A DNA stretch of 63,779 nucleotides, filler included, from Folioceros fuciformis (taxonomy: Eukaryota), in the NCBI GenBank assembly GCA_049999805.1. It is 5 parts of 4 records of this genome, joined end to end, with 100 filler letters (N's around TTAATTAATTAA, not from the genome) between each part and the next. Parts side by side here need not be neighbours in the genome. Positions count along the whole stretch, not along the records: positions 1 to 19,576 come from JBNGIO010006356.1; 4 more parts are not named here. One strand, written 5' to 3'. Shown one piece after another: positions 1 to 12,948 of the stretch. The translations under genes were made by a program, and so were the position numbers. Under the pieces are notes generated by a model. It did not search any database. It was not told the DNA's origin and saw only the letters and a program-made list of their open reading frames with translations. Position 1 is the first letter of the stretch, and every line of letters starts with the position of its first letter.

Positions 1-1896
1 AGCACACTCGAAGGTGCCCGGACCTATGATGTTCCCAAGAGCCTGCATAACTTGATTGTCAAACTTCTTGAGACTTGATAAGAAAAATGGAGAAGGCATA
101 TTAGTTCTAGTGAGGTAACCTGGTCGCCGTGCAAAACAAGAAGAAAGCATACCAAATGCAATTTGAGGATCACCGATTTGTGAGAGGTCCATGATATGAG
201 CCAAATCTTCATCCAACGCTTCATCCACAAACCTATGAACAAAATCAGGAGGTCCTACAGGCACACCCAAGACTCGAAGTCCCTGCGAGGGGCTGATATT
301 TCCCCCCAAATATTGAAGGGGGGGAGTGATGCTTGAAGGGGACCAAACCCTGCATTTAGATAGCTTGACCCGCAACCCCACCTTGGAGAGCTCTGATGAG
401 AAGAAATCAAATGCTGCTTTGACTGTGACTCCTTGCCCAAGAATAAGAGTGTTATCAGCCACGGAAAGGAAAAGGCATTCCCGAAATGCTAAGGCAATAG
501 AAGACAATGCATGAAAATGCGCCATTGCAAAAAGAGCACCCCTCAGCGGATCCTCTTGCCTTGTGCCCGTTGGTGAATGAAAAACTGAGACCCCCTCAAT
601 ATTCGGGCCGTGTTGGTAGTATTGACCTCCTGCACTCTTGAGCTTCGAGAAGATGGTGACCCTAGAGACGGTGTTGAAAGCATTCTCAATATCAACCTGC
701 AAAGCTACCCAATGAGGATGTAACTCAAGGGCCGCCTGGATGCCGAAAGTGGCAGATTCACACCCACCTGGGGTAGCAATCCCAAATTGGTGGGGTGCAA
801 GATGCGCTTGGAAGTACTCCCGAAGTTGAATTGCGGTACTTCGGCTAATAAGGCGCAAAAATATCTCCCCCACAGCTATAGGGCGCACTCCTGAGGTGGG
901 CTTTTCCAATTCAAGTAGCCTACTAGCTACCAAAACTTGAGAGATTCGATTGAGAACTTGGCCCTTAGCCACAGTAGCTGCTAGTGTATAAAGCTCCAAA
1001 AAACCACTTGAGGAATCCTCAAAAGAAAAATAATCTAAAAAATGGTCATAAACTGTGCCAGACAAACCCCCTGAAGAAAGTCGCGGCACAGAAGAGGGTG
1101 CATGCCCAAAAACAACCCTATCCAAGCAAAAAGGCTCCTTGACCGTGTGGTCACGAAGATCTTGCGGTATAGTATTATGAGGTTCTGGATGAAGGGCACG
1201 AAGTGCAGCAATGGTATCCCCAGTTGCTGATGCAGCCGGCTCTGGGCGCAATGCTCTAGCAGTCCGAGCATATTTACCATCCATTCCCAACATGAAACAT
1301 CGCTGGAGACGTGCTTTAAATGGGTCATGGCATACCTTGTCAACCTTAGTTGACTCCAATCGAGATTTTGTTGCTAGTAGATCCTCCTCCTAAAGAGCTT
1401 GCCAATCTCCGAATCGAGAACGGCAAAGTCGAGAGGCCACCTCCCTATGACCTAACGGACCACCTCTAGAGCATCGAAGGCACCATCTAGGTAGGAAAAG
1501 GAACAAAATCCAAGCACCCTCATCCCCCGGATCCCGATCAAGGCGATCCAAGGGAAGACGATGAGCAAGGCGAATATCATCATGTAGGTACCTAGGGAGA
1601 CGTCGAAAGAGGCGAGAACATGGAAAACGAGCATGGGAAAGAGCCAACAAGTGATCAGATTGCCCTCGAAGTCACAACCAAGCCTCCAAGGACGGCCCCA
1701 AAGGATCTGTTAGAAGAGGATTGGTAGCTGGTTCGGAGGAAGAAGCAAGTCGCACTTGTGCCGCCCAAGTGGTCCTATCGAAGTCCTTATGCTTGTGACC
1801 AATATGGCTTTTCACCCCCTTGACCCCGGAGCAAAGTTGAGAACACACTGGGCAAGGGGTGTCCTTGACAGGTAAAGGCTGGGTGTCACGCGCCAT
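1..1896 (-). mobile_element. CRE-clade-like non-LTR retrotransposon ORF (C2H2 zinc finger + reverse transcriptase), degenerate, continues past the window edge
   Basis: Manual translation gives one frame from ATG 1896 to base 1, with in-frame stops only at 1672 and 1390. It contains CPVC..HIGHKH, GVRPIAVGEIFLRL, HQFGIATPGGCE, VDIENAFN, GTRQEDPL, VADN (degenerate catalytic xADD) and GLRVLGVPVG. The ORF track misses the RT part because it runs off the window. Confidence 0.82.
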
Positions 1897-2039
1897 GTGA
1901 TAGAGGCATGCAGAAAGTCTTGTAAAATGATCAAAACCAAACAATTATACTCCTCATTGTAACCTATAACCCTATAATGCCCTCCATATGCTCCACTCTA
2001 AGCCTCTCAACCCTAGACCCATTTTGCTCCACAATGTTT

Positions 2040-2345
2040 ATAAAACGCTAAACCCACTTTTCTCCATCGTGTAACTAAACCCTAAACCTGTTCAGCTCTG
2101 CCATGTCACTAAACCCTAAACCCATTTTTGCTCCATAATAAAACCCTAATCCATTTTTCTTCACCATGTCGCTACACCCTAAACCCACTCCACTCTACCA
2201 TGTGGCTAAACCCTAAACCTATTCTACTCCATCATGTTGCTAAATCCTAAACCTATTTTTTTCCGCAATGCCTCTAAACCCTAAATCCATTCTCCCATGC
2301 CCTAAATCCATTCTGCTGCTACCTTGATTATAAATTGTAAACCCT
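2040..2345. repeat. Degenerate ~34-bp tandem repeat, each unit carrying a plant telomere motif (AAACCCTAAACC)
   Basis: About 8 copies of ccatgtc-ctaaaccctaaacc-(pyrimidines), e.g. near 2075, 2108, 2140, 2175, 2205, 2240, 2273, 2299. Confidence 0.75.
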
Positions 2346-2359
2346 TGTTTCTGCCCAAA

Positions 2360-3025
2360 AACTAGAAGATACCGCACTCCACCATGGATAAGATTCTTCA
2401 TTGGTCCACACACACTTGTGTGTACAAGCTCCAACTTCTTACTAGCTCGATGTACCTCAATCTTATACCAATCTAAGTTCCTAATTAGGTGAACTTAGAT
2501 CAATGAAGCTTGCCCATTATGCAACCTTGACATGGTTGTGTATCACTTGTGTCCTTGACACAATGCTGCATGCTTCTTGACTTCCTACAATAACACACAA
2601 CTTATAAAGATTCCCTTTACGAACTCCTTGAGCTATCACCTTAACACTTGGTTTTCGGGTTGTTCCTTTTGGATGCAGCATCCTTTTGAATTGAATACGA
2701 TCTCGTTACCAAGATTCGTGATTCTTGCTATAGAAAGAAGATTCCTAGCAAGATCATTCATAACAAGATCAGGTACGTGGTGCATATTTTGGATGTTGCT
2801 TATTGAAGAATTGCAAGGAAGATGAACCTTCATTATGGCTTTCCCTTTAACCTCATCGGATGTGGTGTCTCCAAGCACCTCTTGTGACTAGTTGGTAGTT
2901 CTTTATAAGTTCATATCCATTGTTCGTTGTAGGTGAAGTGTTAAGAAATAAGAAGGACAAGAATTTGTATCTTGACTCAGGCGTGTCTCAAAACTTCACC
3001 TACAACCAGCGCTGGATCTCACGTC
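2360..3025 (-). mobile_element. Highly degraded Ty1/copia pol remnant
   Basis: Minus-strand fragments LGDTTSDEVKGK, HVPDL..NLLSI and ELVHTSVCGPM..GGVRYLLVF. A protease-like LYLDSGVSQN motif lies on the plus strand at ~2965. Confidence 0.7.
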
Positions 3026-4461
3026 CTATAGGATTTAGGGCCTTCATGTTGGCAGGTAGTCAGCAAGCTCTTAACTACACTCTACGTTGTGGTTGTCATC
3101 ACCAACAGGAGCGTGATAAAGCTGAAAGGAACAAGATCTCTATAGCAAGAAGCTCATTCCAGCTCCAGCAGGCGCCGTTGGCTTAGACTAATGTTCATGA
3201 TAACAGCTCACTAGAGGACTTAGGGTTTAGGGTTGACAACGTCATGCTCGAGTCGTTTGTCGTCAAATACCATCAGCTTCGTGCCTCGTCCAACTATTAT
3301 AACTTTGCCTACGGGTCAACCAAGGAGTCGCCGCGCAACCTTGAACGTTCACATCAGTTTCCTCTCGCTTTCACCAGATTCGCTGAAGAGCCTCCTACTC
3401 ACATGGACTCCCACTTAAGCAAGGGCAGTTTTCTGCAGCCCTGCTTGACACCACAACCTTACTGCGATCAATATGCCTGCCGGAATCCATGGATGCCAAT
3501 GGCAACAACAGTAACCCAACAACCCACTCTCTGATCACTCACAAGCCTCTGGAGCAGGAGAACGTGGCAGGGTGCCAGATCCCCAAAAGCGAGAGCTGAC
3601 GGCCTGCCAGAATAAGCTGTCCGGGAGCCCAAGGCGTGAAATTGATACCCGAAACGAAACCTTCTTGAAGGGGCCGATGGAGGTCACTGGAACCAAGGGC
3701 CCCAGCACCAATTGACGCGGGTCTGTCCGGGGATGGGCTTGGCAATGCCCCAAGTTCAACTCATAGTCACCAGACTGGTGCAAACGTTTGCCCAGGCCAA
3801 AGAGACTACTCATGGTCAGACGTTTACTGTGCTGGTGACGTTGACTCGCTGCCGCCTTCAGCCGAGAGTCCAGGCTAAGACGTCTTCTCAACATTTGGAT
3901 TGCACAGGGGGAGAGCGTGGGAGCGAAGGACAAAAATCAGCTTCATGGAATTTGGACCTGGTCAGGAGATGTGCACATAGGATTCTCGATATACATACGT
4001 CCTAGCCCACTTCATAGGCTGAAGATTGTGCTCTCTGATGAGTACCCTCCATTCCGCTAAGTTAGACTTCCTGGATTTGAGGTTGCGCCTTGCATAGGTA
4101 CATGTCCCTCTATGATGCTACTATCTCTACTGCCCCCATTCTATGGCGCCAAGCGTTCAAAGAGGGCCTCAAGACCAAAAAAGATGACATTCTGCCACGA
4201 CGAGCAGGCTTGGTTTGGAGGGCCGTCAGCAGCAAATGTAATTTAGGGCAGCCGACTACGTACGTGAATTGCTGTTGTGCAACCACAGCTTTGACAACGT
4301 CAGGCTGGAGTCCTTTGCCGATGGTGCTCTATGAACGGTAGTGTGGCAAGGACAAAAAGTACAAAATTTCGCTCTGGCTTGTACTTGCGGTCCTAATCCA
4401 TAGCTTATGTACCTCTTTTGTCACAGTCATAGCAAAGCAGAGAGGATGGCTGCTGCTACAG

Positions 4462-5843
4462 TTATTCTGTGTTCTCAAGTAGATCAGTATCATCCCGGTC
4501 ATCAAATCCTGCATCCTCCTCCTCATCTGATTTGGGACGTTTCTCAGCCACCTCCTCTCCAGCCTCCTCCCCGTCATCATCTATTGGTTTGTCATCTTGC
4601 TCCTTATCGCTCTCCAAATCTGAGCGGTCGTCAGCATACGATTCCTCCTCTGCATCTTCCTGTTTGCCTGCATCCTTGCCATCATCTGAGACACCGTCAC
4701 CCTTCGGCAGCTGTTCTTCCTCCTCTAAATCCTCACTGTCTGTGCTCCCAAATATCTGTGACGCCCAAGACTTCTTCTTGGGCTTGGTAGCAGTAACTTC
4801 ATCTCCCGATGTGTTCGTCCTATTTGTGCTTTCCACATCAACTTCCTTCACCCCTTCTGGCAACGTGTTCACACTTCCCTTCAGCCTTTCTAGCTCCTCA
4901 TGCAGCTTCTCGATCGCGCTGGCCAAAGCCAGATTTTTCTCTTGCAACTCCGACAGCTCCTTGTCTTTCTTCGCCCTTCCATTGACCACCTCTGACTTCA
5001 CGACCTCCACTTCTTTCTCTCGTTTCCGAAGCTTATCGCTGAGCTCCGTAACGGCGGACTCCTTGCTCTCTACGTTTCTTTTGTGCAGCAACTTCAAGGA
5101 CCTGATCTCCTTCGCCTTCCGCCGGGCTTGCCTCTCCAGCTCCTGACGGAGTCCTTGAGTGGTGAGACCCAAATCAGTGAGTTGCGTCCGCAGTTCATCC
5201 TTCTCAGATCTCAGCTTCGAGTTATCTTCCGAAAGTTTCCCCAGCTCTGTACTATGCTTTTCAACTGCAGACTGGATGACAAACGACAATAGAGTCAAGA
5301 CAGAATCCACAGTGAAGAAAATGACAGCACATCCTCATTCTCTGGGCAACCCTCCATGCCATCAAATTTTCCAGGATCAGGCCAACCAAAGTTCGAAGCC
5401 TTGTCCAGCCATGGACGGTTGCCAGAGAACCACCACACCATACAACAACCCACAGATCCTAGGCCCCAGCTGAGCTAGCTTAAGTCAGCTTCAGACCAGA
5501 TCACAGCTACCAGCTTCAGCAGAGACGAGACACTGCCCAACAACCGCTCCAAGGAGAAGGTACGGCCAGCCCCTCAACCTCCATGAAGGGTAGGCTTCCC
5601 AATACGAAACAGGGCAGCATGCAATAGCTGACAGCCATTTAGAAAAATTCGAAGTGCCGGGAAGGAGTTGCTCACAGTTAGCCGCAATCTGAGCTTCTCA
5701 TTCTGTTCGTCCTTTTGTTCGAGGAGACGATAAGTAGCGTTCAGCTTGACCCTCTCGGATATGGCCTGGAAGCCTATCACCCCCATGACCACAAAGCCCA
5801 CCACAAGCAGGACCAGATGCGACGGGACCTTCCCTCCTCTCAT
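4462..5843 (-). CDS. Membrane-anchored coiled-coil protein with acidic C-terminus (resembles plant 'micronuclear linker histone polyprotein-like' proteins); exons 5843-5676 and 5271-4462, ~325 aa
   Basis: N-terminal hydrophobic helix (LVLLVVGFVVMGVIGF), phase-0 GT(GAGC)..CAG intron, long heptad region, D/E-rich tail. Confidence 0.8.
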
Positions 5844-6621
5844 CGTGCCTCCGGCAGCAGATCACCAATCCCACGGCCTGGACAAGCCCACCCTCCCCAA
5901 CTTGCAGATCAATGCCACTCCATTCCAAGGTGAAAGGACTGTGCCACCCTGCGAGAATCTCGCACCGCTGCAGTTTAGATCTGCTGAGGCTCCTCAGTTC
6001 CGGGTTGCAGTGTCACCCGAAAACCACAGCTGGAGGCGGGATCACGAGCCTCCAGAAGCAAAGGCGCGGACTGTGATTCTCAGCACCGGGCCAGGAGTCT
6101 GTTGTCCTGCCCCAAACGCCTTGTAATGTAGCGAGTCACGTAGAACAGATGGGGAGTAAAAAGGAAGCGAGTAGTCAAATGCTCCTTTCTTACCACATTC
6201 TCGATTTTTCAGCTCGTAGGAAACGCTTTCCGAGTTGGGATCGGGGGCCATGATTTGCGGCGTTGTCAGCGATTGCGGGCCGTAGTATGCCATCGTGTTG
6301 GGTAGCGGCATGTTCGGTCCTTGTTTGTTTTCAGTTTTGGATGTCCTGAGCGTCAGCTGAAGACGTTGTGGTGAAGAGGTGCGTCCTTGTCTCTGTCGCT
6401 TGGGCCGGCAATGCATCCTCGTAACCCTTTGGTGGTTAGGTTCAGTTCCATCCATGTGGGTGATGTGACCCTGGGTGGCCCGGTGTGGATCAACAAATGC
6501 AAGTGCTATGCTTTAACCTGCTGCTGCAGACTTCCGGACCTGTGTAGTGCAGCCTACATGTTGTTGTTGGCGGTGGTGGTGGGGGTGGGGGGTGGTTCTG
6601 GATGGTCAGCGAGAGATTATC

Positions 6622-8880
6622 ATGAGGCGGCCCCGCAGAAGACTTGTCTACACCATGGGGCTGCGAGATCCCGACATTCCGTCCTACGTGCCGCCTGACT
6701 CGTTTGTGAAATGCGAGGATGATTTTCAGACGAGAGGCGGGGGACCCTCGCCCTCGGAGAAGGAGAGCTGCAGCACTTCCGTTGGTTGCTACTCTTCTGC
6801 TTCCCTAAAGCCTATGGAGGACCTGCAAAGGGAAACTTCCTTTCTACAGCAGGTGCGGTCCGAGGTGCAACAACTTGAGCTTGAGGCTAATTACGCAAGG
6901 ATCATGGGGGATCTGTGTACCACAAGAACTGTGTTGGAGGAGATGGTGGATGAAGTTGTGGCTGGTTTTGCAGATGGACGTTTTTCCAAAAAAGGGGCTG
7001 CAGAAAGCTCGATGAAGTTGATGGTGGATGAGGTTTCCTTCTCCGGGAGAGGTCATCTTCCGCCAGCGGACGGTAGCCAGGGATCTAGTTACTATTCTTT
7101 GAAGGAGATCACATCCGAACGCAAGTTCTCGAGTTTGCATCTGAAACATGGCACGATTTGCAGGGAGCAGCCTTCGAGGGCGGGGGAGGCCATGTCGGTT
7201 ACCTTGGAGAAGGTGAAGAAGATCAGGGACTTGCTGGTGGGGCCTTCCAGCTCTGCGGTGGCGGATGATGCTGTTTGTTTTGCGTCCGGACCAGCAGCAG
7301 TTGGATCCAGTGAGCAGGAGTCGAGAGAGAGGATTCCCTCGGAGAAGTTTGTGGAGCATGGTGCACAGGCTGTGGCCGTGGGGGAAAGGGTGGCAGGGGA
7401 AACCATGGAGATGAGGCCGATGAAGGAGAATGTTGCGTTTGAGCCAGGGGCGACATTGCGTTCGGTAACCGAGCCCCTTGGACCTGAGGAGTTGCAACTG
7501 CCTGATGAAGGCCCCTCCGCGGGATTCTCTGGAGGGGTAGGGGCAGGGCTGAGGCTATGTGATTTGGAGCAGTCTCTGTGGAGCACTTTGCCGTATGATC
7601 TGATGGAACGAATTCTGGCCTGCCTCCCCCTCCCGTCCCTTGTGAGTTGCCGTGCAGTGTGCAGAAAGTGGAACCGTACTCTCATGGAAGACCGCGGATT
7701 TCTGGCTGTCTACTCCGCCATACCCCCAGAGAAACCCTGGCTCTTCACCTGGGACAGCTGGATTGAGGATGACTCTCACGCCTACAATCCGCGGCTGGAC
7801 AGGTGGTACAAGATCCCGCTTGGCTTCATTCCCCACGAGCATGTCAAGAGACCGTTGCACATCGTCGGCGCTGTGGGAGGGTTGCTCTTCTTCGAGTACT
7901 TTGCCCGCCTCTACATCGCGCTGTGCTTGTGCAATCCGGTAACCAGGGCGTGGAGAAAGTTTCCTCCTCTGAATGAGAAGAGAGTGCAGCCAGTGGTGGC
8001 AGTGTTCCAAGACTGCGAAAGCTCAGCTCAAAGGGGAGATTTCATCGTTGTTGTGGCTGGCGGTCTCTCCAAGCCGTCTGTGATGCACAAGGTATGGTGA
8101 CTGCACACGGATGCGCATGTTGCAAAGCAACTCCCCGATTCCGTTGTGCACTCTGTCCATCTCAGGTCACAAGCAGTCGTTTAGAGGGCGGGCTGGAAGG
8201 CTTATCCCGCCATTAGCCTCACCACGAGGGGGCTGGTAATCTACCCTACCTGACACCATCTATTGCAACCATGCCCTGTAAAGGTGTACTCCACTGAGAT
8301 TTTCCACTCTAGAGCAAACTGCTGGCGGAAAACCTGTGATAAAATCACAGACGACGGTGGTCACATCCGATGGGGCCCCTACGTCAGAACAGCCTTCTGC
8401 AATGGGAGCCTCTACTACATGTTGTGGAGGTTCAAGCTCCTAGCGTACAACATGAGTAGTGGAACCTGGAGTCATGTACAGGCCCCATGTCCTCCGGCCC
8501 TTGATCCCGAGAGTGGAATTTCTCCCTTCCTGGTGGAGTCCAGAGGAAGACTTCTCATGATAGGGTTTGTAGACAACGACAGACGAGTTGTTGAAGACGG
8601 GCTCGCTATTTGGGAGTTGAAGAGTGGAGGCAGTGCCTGGGTGGAGATAGCACGCATGCCGGATAAGTTTTTTGAGCGAATGCCTCTAAGGAAGATTCAG
8701 GGGGTTGGTTGTTCGGATTTGATCTACATTTATGAGAATTTCAGCACTCCTGTCGTGATTTGTGATCTTTCCAAACAAACACCGGAGTGGAGGCAAATCG
8801 ATAGTGGGTGCATCAGAGGGAATAGCAGGGTCATTTACGGTTGTGCCACCGATCTTCGACTTGATGCTGCTCTTTTCTAG
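6622..8880 (+). CDS. F-box protein with kelch-like/F-box-associated C-terminus and long N-terminal extension; exons 6622-8091 and 8284-8880
   Basis: F-box WSTLPYDLMERILACLP..RAVCRKWN; downstream GAVGGLL, LCNPVTRAWRKFPP, FCNGSLY, LVESRGRLLMIG; in-frame phase-0 intron. Start codon uncertain. Confidence 0.9.
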
Positions 8881-9486
8881 ACTTACATTTCATGACTGAC
8901 TCGTAACTTTGACATCAATGGAGTAGACGCGTATTTCCATGCTCTTCCAGTTGCAGTTTTCTGTCCTGCTCTATTTCTTGTTCTACATATGATTTGTTTC
9001 ACGTAGTAATATATATTATCCAATCTATATAACATATTTCGTTTTTCAATAAAATATCCATTTCCCCTTATAAAATGTTAAAAGAAAGAATCATATTTCT
9101 TATCCCCGTTTCCACCTTAGCCATGGTGGATAAGAACCATTGGCCCCTACTTCTTAAATCTTAATAAGTTTGGGTTTGAGGATGACTTTCGCGTCTGGAT
9201 TGCAATGTTCTTGAAATTCGTGTTGTGGTTTGCAACACAGTCTCCTAAGGGTATCTCTGAACATCAAGACATCTCTGAACACCTGGGGATTGCTACTCTG
9301 CTCCAATACGTAGCCCTATCCTCCGGGTTTCCCGAAACCCTCTGTAGGATGCAGCAACTTGTGACACAAGTGGCCCCGGGATGACTTACAATTGCACCGG
9401 TGGGATGCAGCATGGGAGTATCTACCTACATCCAGTGAAGCCGAATGAACTTCAAGGAGGCTTTATGCCTCCATCCCTGAAGTATT

Positions 9487-12400
9487 TCAGCGTTTCTGAA
9501 CTTCGGCATAGGGACGGTCTCTGGCAACGTAGAGGCGGCTCCTGGACAGGTTCGCAAGATCAGCAATCAAGCTTGTCTGAGATATGTCTTTTGCAACCAT
9601 CTCGAGAACCTGTGATGCAACGGAGTTTGAAGCTTAACTGGGCTTCTCAGCATGGTCTCGCCAAGAAGCAGCGTTCTTGTTCGGAGTTGAAGAGAGCTAA
9701 CATACCTTCTCATACTCCGTATAGGAGCTTGCCGTTTTCTTTCCTGTCTGCGTGTCCACAACTTTCCAGCTCTTCTCAATGGGATGCCGCGCACATTTGA
9801 TAACCTTGTCGGACAGCTTTTGTCCATCCGCAGTTTCTATTCAGAAAGAGGAATTACGCAAAGGGGGAGTGGAGACAACTTGTGAGGTGAAACGATCTGA
9901 GCAAGTAGCGTACCAGGAAATGTCAGAAGCTTGACTGCCACCTCTTTTAATTTATTGCCGTCTTCCACCAAATAAACATGCGGATGGCCTTCACCGGGTG
10001 AAACCTGGTGAAGCAGGTTACATGAGAACTAAGCATGGTCTAAGGTCACAAAAATGCTCCAGATCCACTGGCGGAAGACCCAGCACCTTCAGCAGGAAAT
10101 CAATGTGATGCATGAACGTCCACTGAAGAAAACCTTCACCTGCTCCCGTGACATACGGTCCATCCCAATCCTGCCCAACACACCATGCACAGAAACGTTC
10201 GGATTCCTTCCAAGAGTACAGTTAGCCTTAATCGTAACAATATACTTCTTACTTGGAATATCACTCCGTCGGCAGGATGAGACAGCTTGGGAATGAATTC
10301 TTGAAGCATATTTTTCATCGAAGAGAGATTATAGAAATACTTTCGTCTGACCTGTATCAGTAGAACCTGATCAGAGAATCTACGAAGCTATCCTGGACAT
10401 ACAGACGAATGAAGGCAACCAGGGAGGATTAACCCACTCTGAAGACCTCCTTGTTGTAATAATAATCTTTGTTCGCTTGGTCCTCAGCATTCCGAGGGGC
10501 CGTGATTTCGTCTTCAATCAACTGGTGTCTGACATGGAAAGGGATCTGCACAAGCAAACAGAGTGGTTCATTCTCCAGTGTGTGATTTCTAACTTGAACT
10601 AGTACGAAATGAAGTACGCAAGGACGCCACTGCTGGGGACAAAGCTTGCGTAGGACATACGTTCTTCGTATGTTCTTTGTTGAGCATTAAGAGATCACTA
10701 ACAAGAAATCTCCTGATCTGGTTGGAGTTTACATCAGTATCTAATACCATTTCACCATCAAGGAGTGTATAGTGATGAGTTTTAACCCTCCCATCCGAGG
10801 GGCCCTGCCGAAAGAATTAATTGCATGAGCAAGCAGGACAACATGCTCCAACTGTGGGCAAACCGAAAATCCCAACAGACACTAGTTACCTTGCGGGGAC
10901 GGGGAAAACGCATCTCCACCCTTCTGAACTGGAAATCAGCGTCAATTAGATAGCATCCATCGCGACATATGAGCAGCATGTAGCGCGCTGCTACTGGTTT
11001 CCACGTTATTCGAAAGTATCTTTGTAGGAGTACACCATCCAAGTGAGCTCTGCAAACCACATCCAGAGCAAGTTGACGGCTTCCGGTCTCAAGTACGATA
11101 CCATTCTGGCTTACGAACCACAATTCCTAGAGCCGCCAAACTGGTAAGGAGGATCATACCTGCTCAAAGACAATGGCACTGATTGTGGAAATATCATCCT
11201 CCCTTGGCCTGAAGGCTGCCCAAGCCGTAAATATGTGTCAGCATCCCAATACCATGAAAGGCTGACAAGCAGATGCTTTCAGTGTCACGCTGCGTCTTCC
11301 CTGCCCGTCCCCAACATCGAGTCCTAGTGAGGGGGAACTCAAGCAGAAGATGAACAAGAATGCTTTGAAGACTGTCACACTTCCCACCACCTGGCTTTAG
11401 ACTCTCACGTAACTGGCACAGCGAAAGAACGAGTAAAAGATAATGTACTGGAGTGCAAGCCTCAGCACTACCAAGAAAAACCTTACCAGCTCAAGCTCAA
11501 GAGCCCAATAGCAGATCTTTTGCATCTCAAGTTGGTACTCCTCGGGTATGGCATCGCCCAAAACATCGTCAGGAGATGCCTGCACGTCACATCATGGAGC
11601 TAACTGAGCACAAGTGTGATATGAAATAGGGGACGACCTTCGGTGATGCGAGATATTCAAAGACAAGGCAACAAACCTGTAAGGCTGACGAGTTGTCCTC
11701 CTTATCCACACCAGATTCTTTACTGCTCATTTCTGAATCACGTTCTTCAAAATGTTTCCAGGTAGGCTTCTTTGGACATATGTAGGTTGTAGCATGTCGA
11801 GCATTGTAGAAAGTGAACAAACTATCAATATACTTCCGTTTGTATATACCCGGAGGCCTTGCATATGCAAAAGCTTGGAGAGCCTGCTCAAGCAGTCACT
11901 GTCGTCAGAGTCTCAACCAAGCAACGGGATTGAGTCTTGCCTTTTAGAACCAAGAGCACTGGGGCATGAAAAGGACTGAAGAAGGCAGCATTTGTCAACC
12001 TCTGCCAGTTTGCCACCTCGGGTTCGCATTAGGTAGTGGACAGTCATGAAACCCGTGCGGTTGTAACCATGCATGCCGTGAACCAAAACACACTTGCTCT
12101 TCGCACCTCCATCCTGCCTGCTAGCACAGAAGTATTTCACAACCTGCATCCAGAAACGAGCCACGAAGTAAATTAGTTGAGCCTAACAAGCTCTCAGGGT
12201 GGTTGCCTTACAATGATTTTACCTCGTATACAAACTTGTTGACCGACACTGGATCCGGCACTTCCTGCCTCCCTTTACACGGTATCTACAGCCAGCTCTA
12301 CAATCGTCAAGGCGTGAAACAAGGGCAGCAAGGCTATGGAAACGAATGCAATCCCTTCGAATCGCATGCATACCTTCAAGTACTGAACTCCACTCGCTTT

Positions 12401-12948
12401 CCAGTCCTCTGAGGAACAGGATTTGTCGCCCACAGTGAGATCAATCACCATACCCACCTGCAGAAGCATGCGCTTAATGCAGTCCGTGAAACGAATTCAC
12501 GCATTCCCACCACAAGCTAAACCAAATGGGCCCTCTTGAAGGAAGGAGAGGGCCACCTCGCGCCCAAGACCCCTCTGCTGAGAAATCAACTCCGCACTGG
12601 AATAACGCAATTGAGGGACCAGCGTGCTGTTTAATGCTTTGCTAAGCGGACACTTTGACGACACCACTCCCTCAAGTGGATGGCCAGCAACCGGGCACTC
12701 CATCCACTCTGCACGCCATGGAAACAGTCTGTCAAAATCCGCGCGAATCAGCTGGTGGTGCATGTAGCACCAATTCGCTGCTTCCTGAACGTCCCGCCAA
12801 CGGCAGCAAACAAATAGACGGGGGGCTTTTTCCCTCCCCGTGAATCTATGCAGGAAACACAGGCCTATACCATACCTCGCAGCGCAAGATCATTTCCAGG
12901 ATGTTGAATTAACTCGGGGCCTGAAGGGGGAACTGTATCAGACGCCAT
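9487..12948 (-). CDS. mRNA capping enzyme homolog (RNA triphosphatase + guanylyltransferase + OB fold), multi-exon, catalytically divergent
   Basis: Exons translate to WMECPVAG..SKCPLS, VIDLT, IPCKGRQEVPD, HGMHGYNRTGF, RPPGIYK, DDVLGDAIP, WKPVAARYMLLI, TLLDGEM, HPADGVIFQ, DWDGPYV, VIKC..SWKVV, collinear with plant capping enzymes. Last exon 9609-9487; ATG 12948 is inferred. Not every junction was checked. Confidence 0.88.

Noticed and set aside
3186-4340. Several short ORFs and a lone TAGGGTTTAGGG telo-box
   Set aside because: No recognisable protein or coherent exon chain could be built.
4469-5146. Ser-rich 225-aa plus-strand ORF (similarly 43527-44324 and 43664-44281)
   Set aside because: Antisense shadows of acidic/lysine-rich coding sequence.
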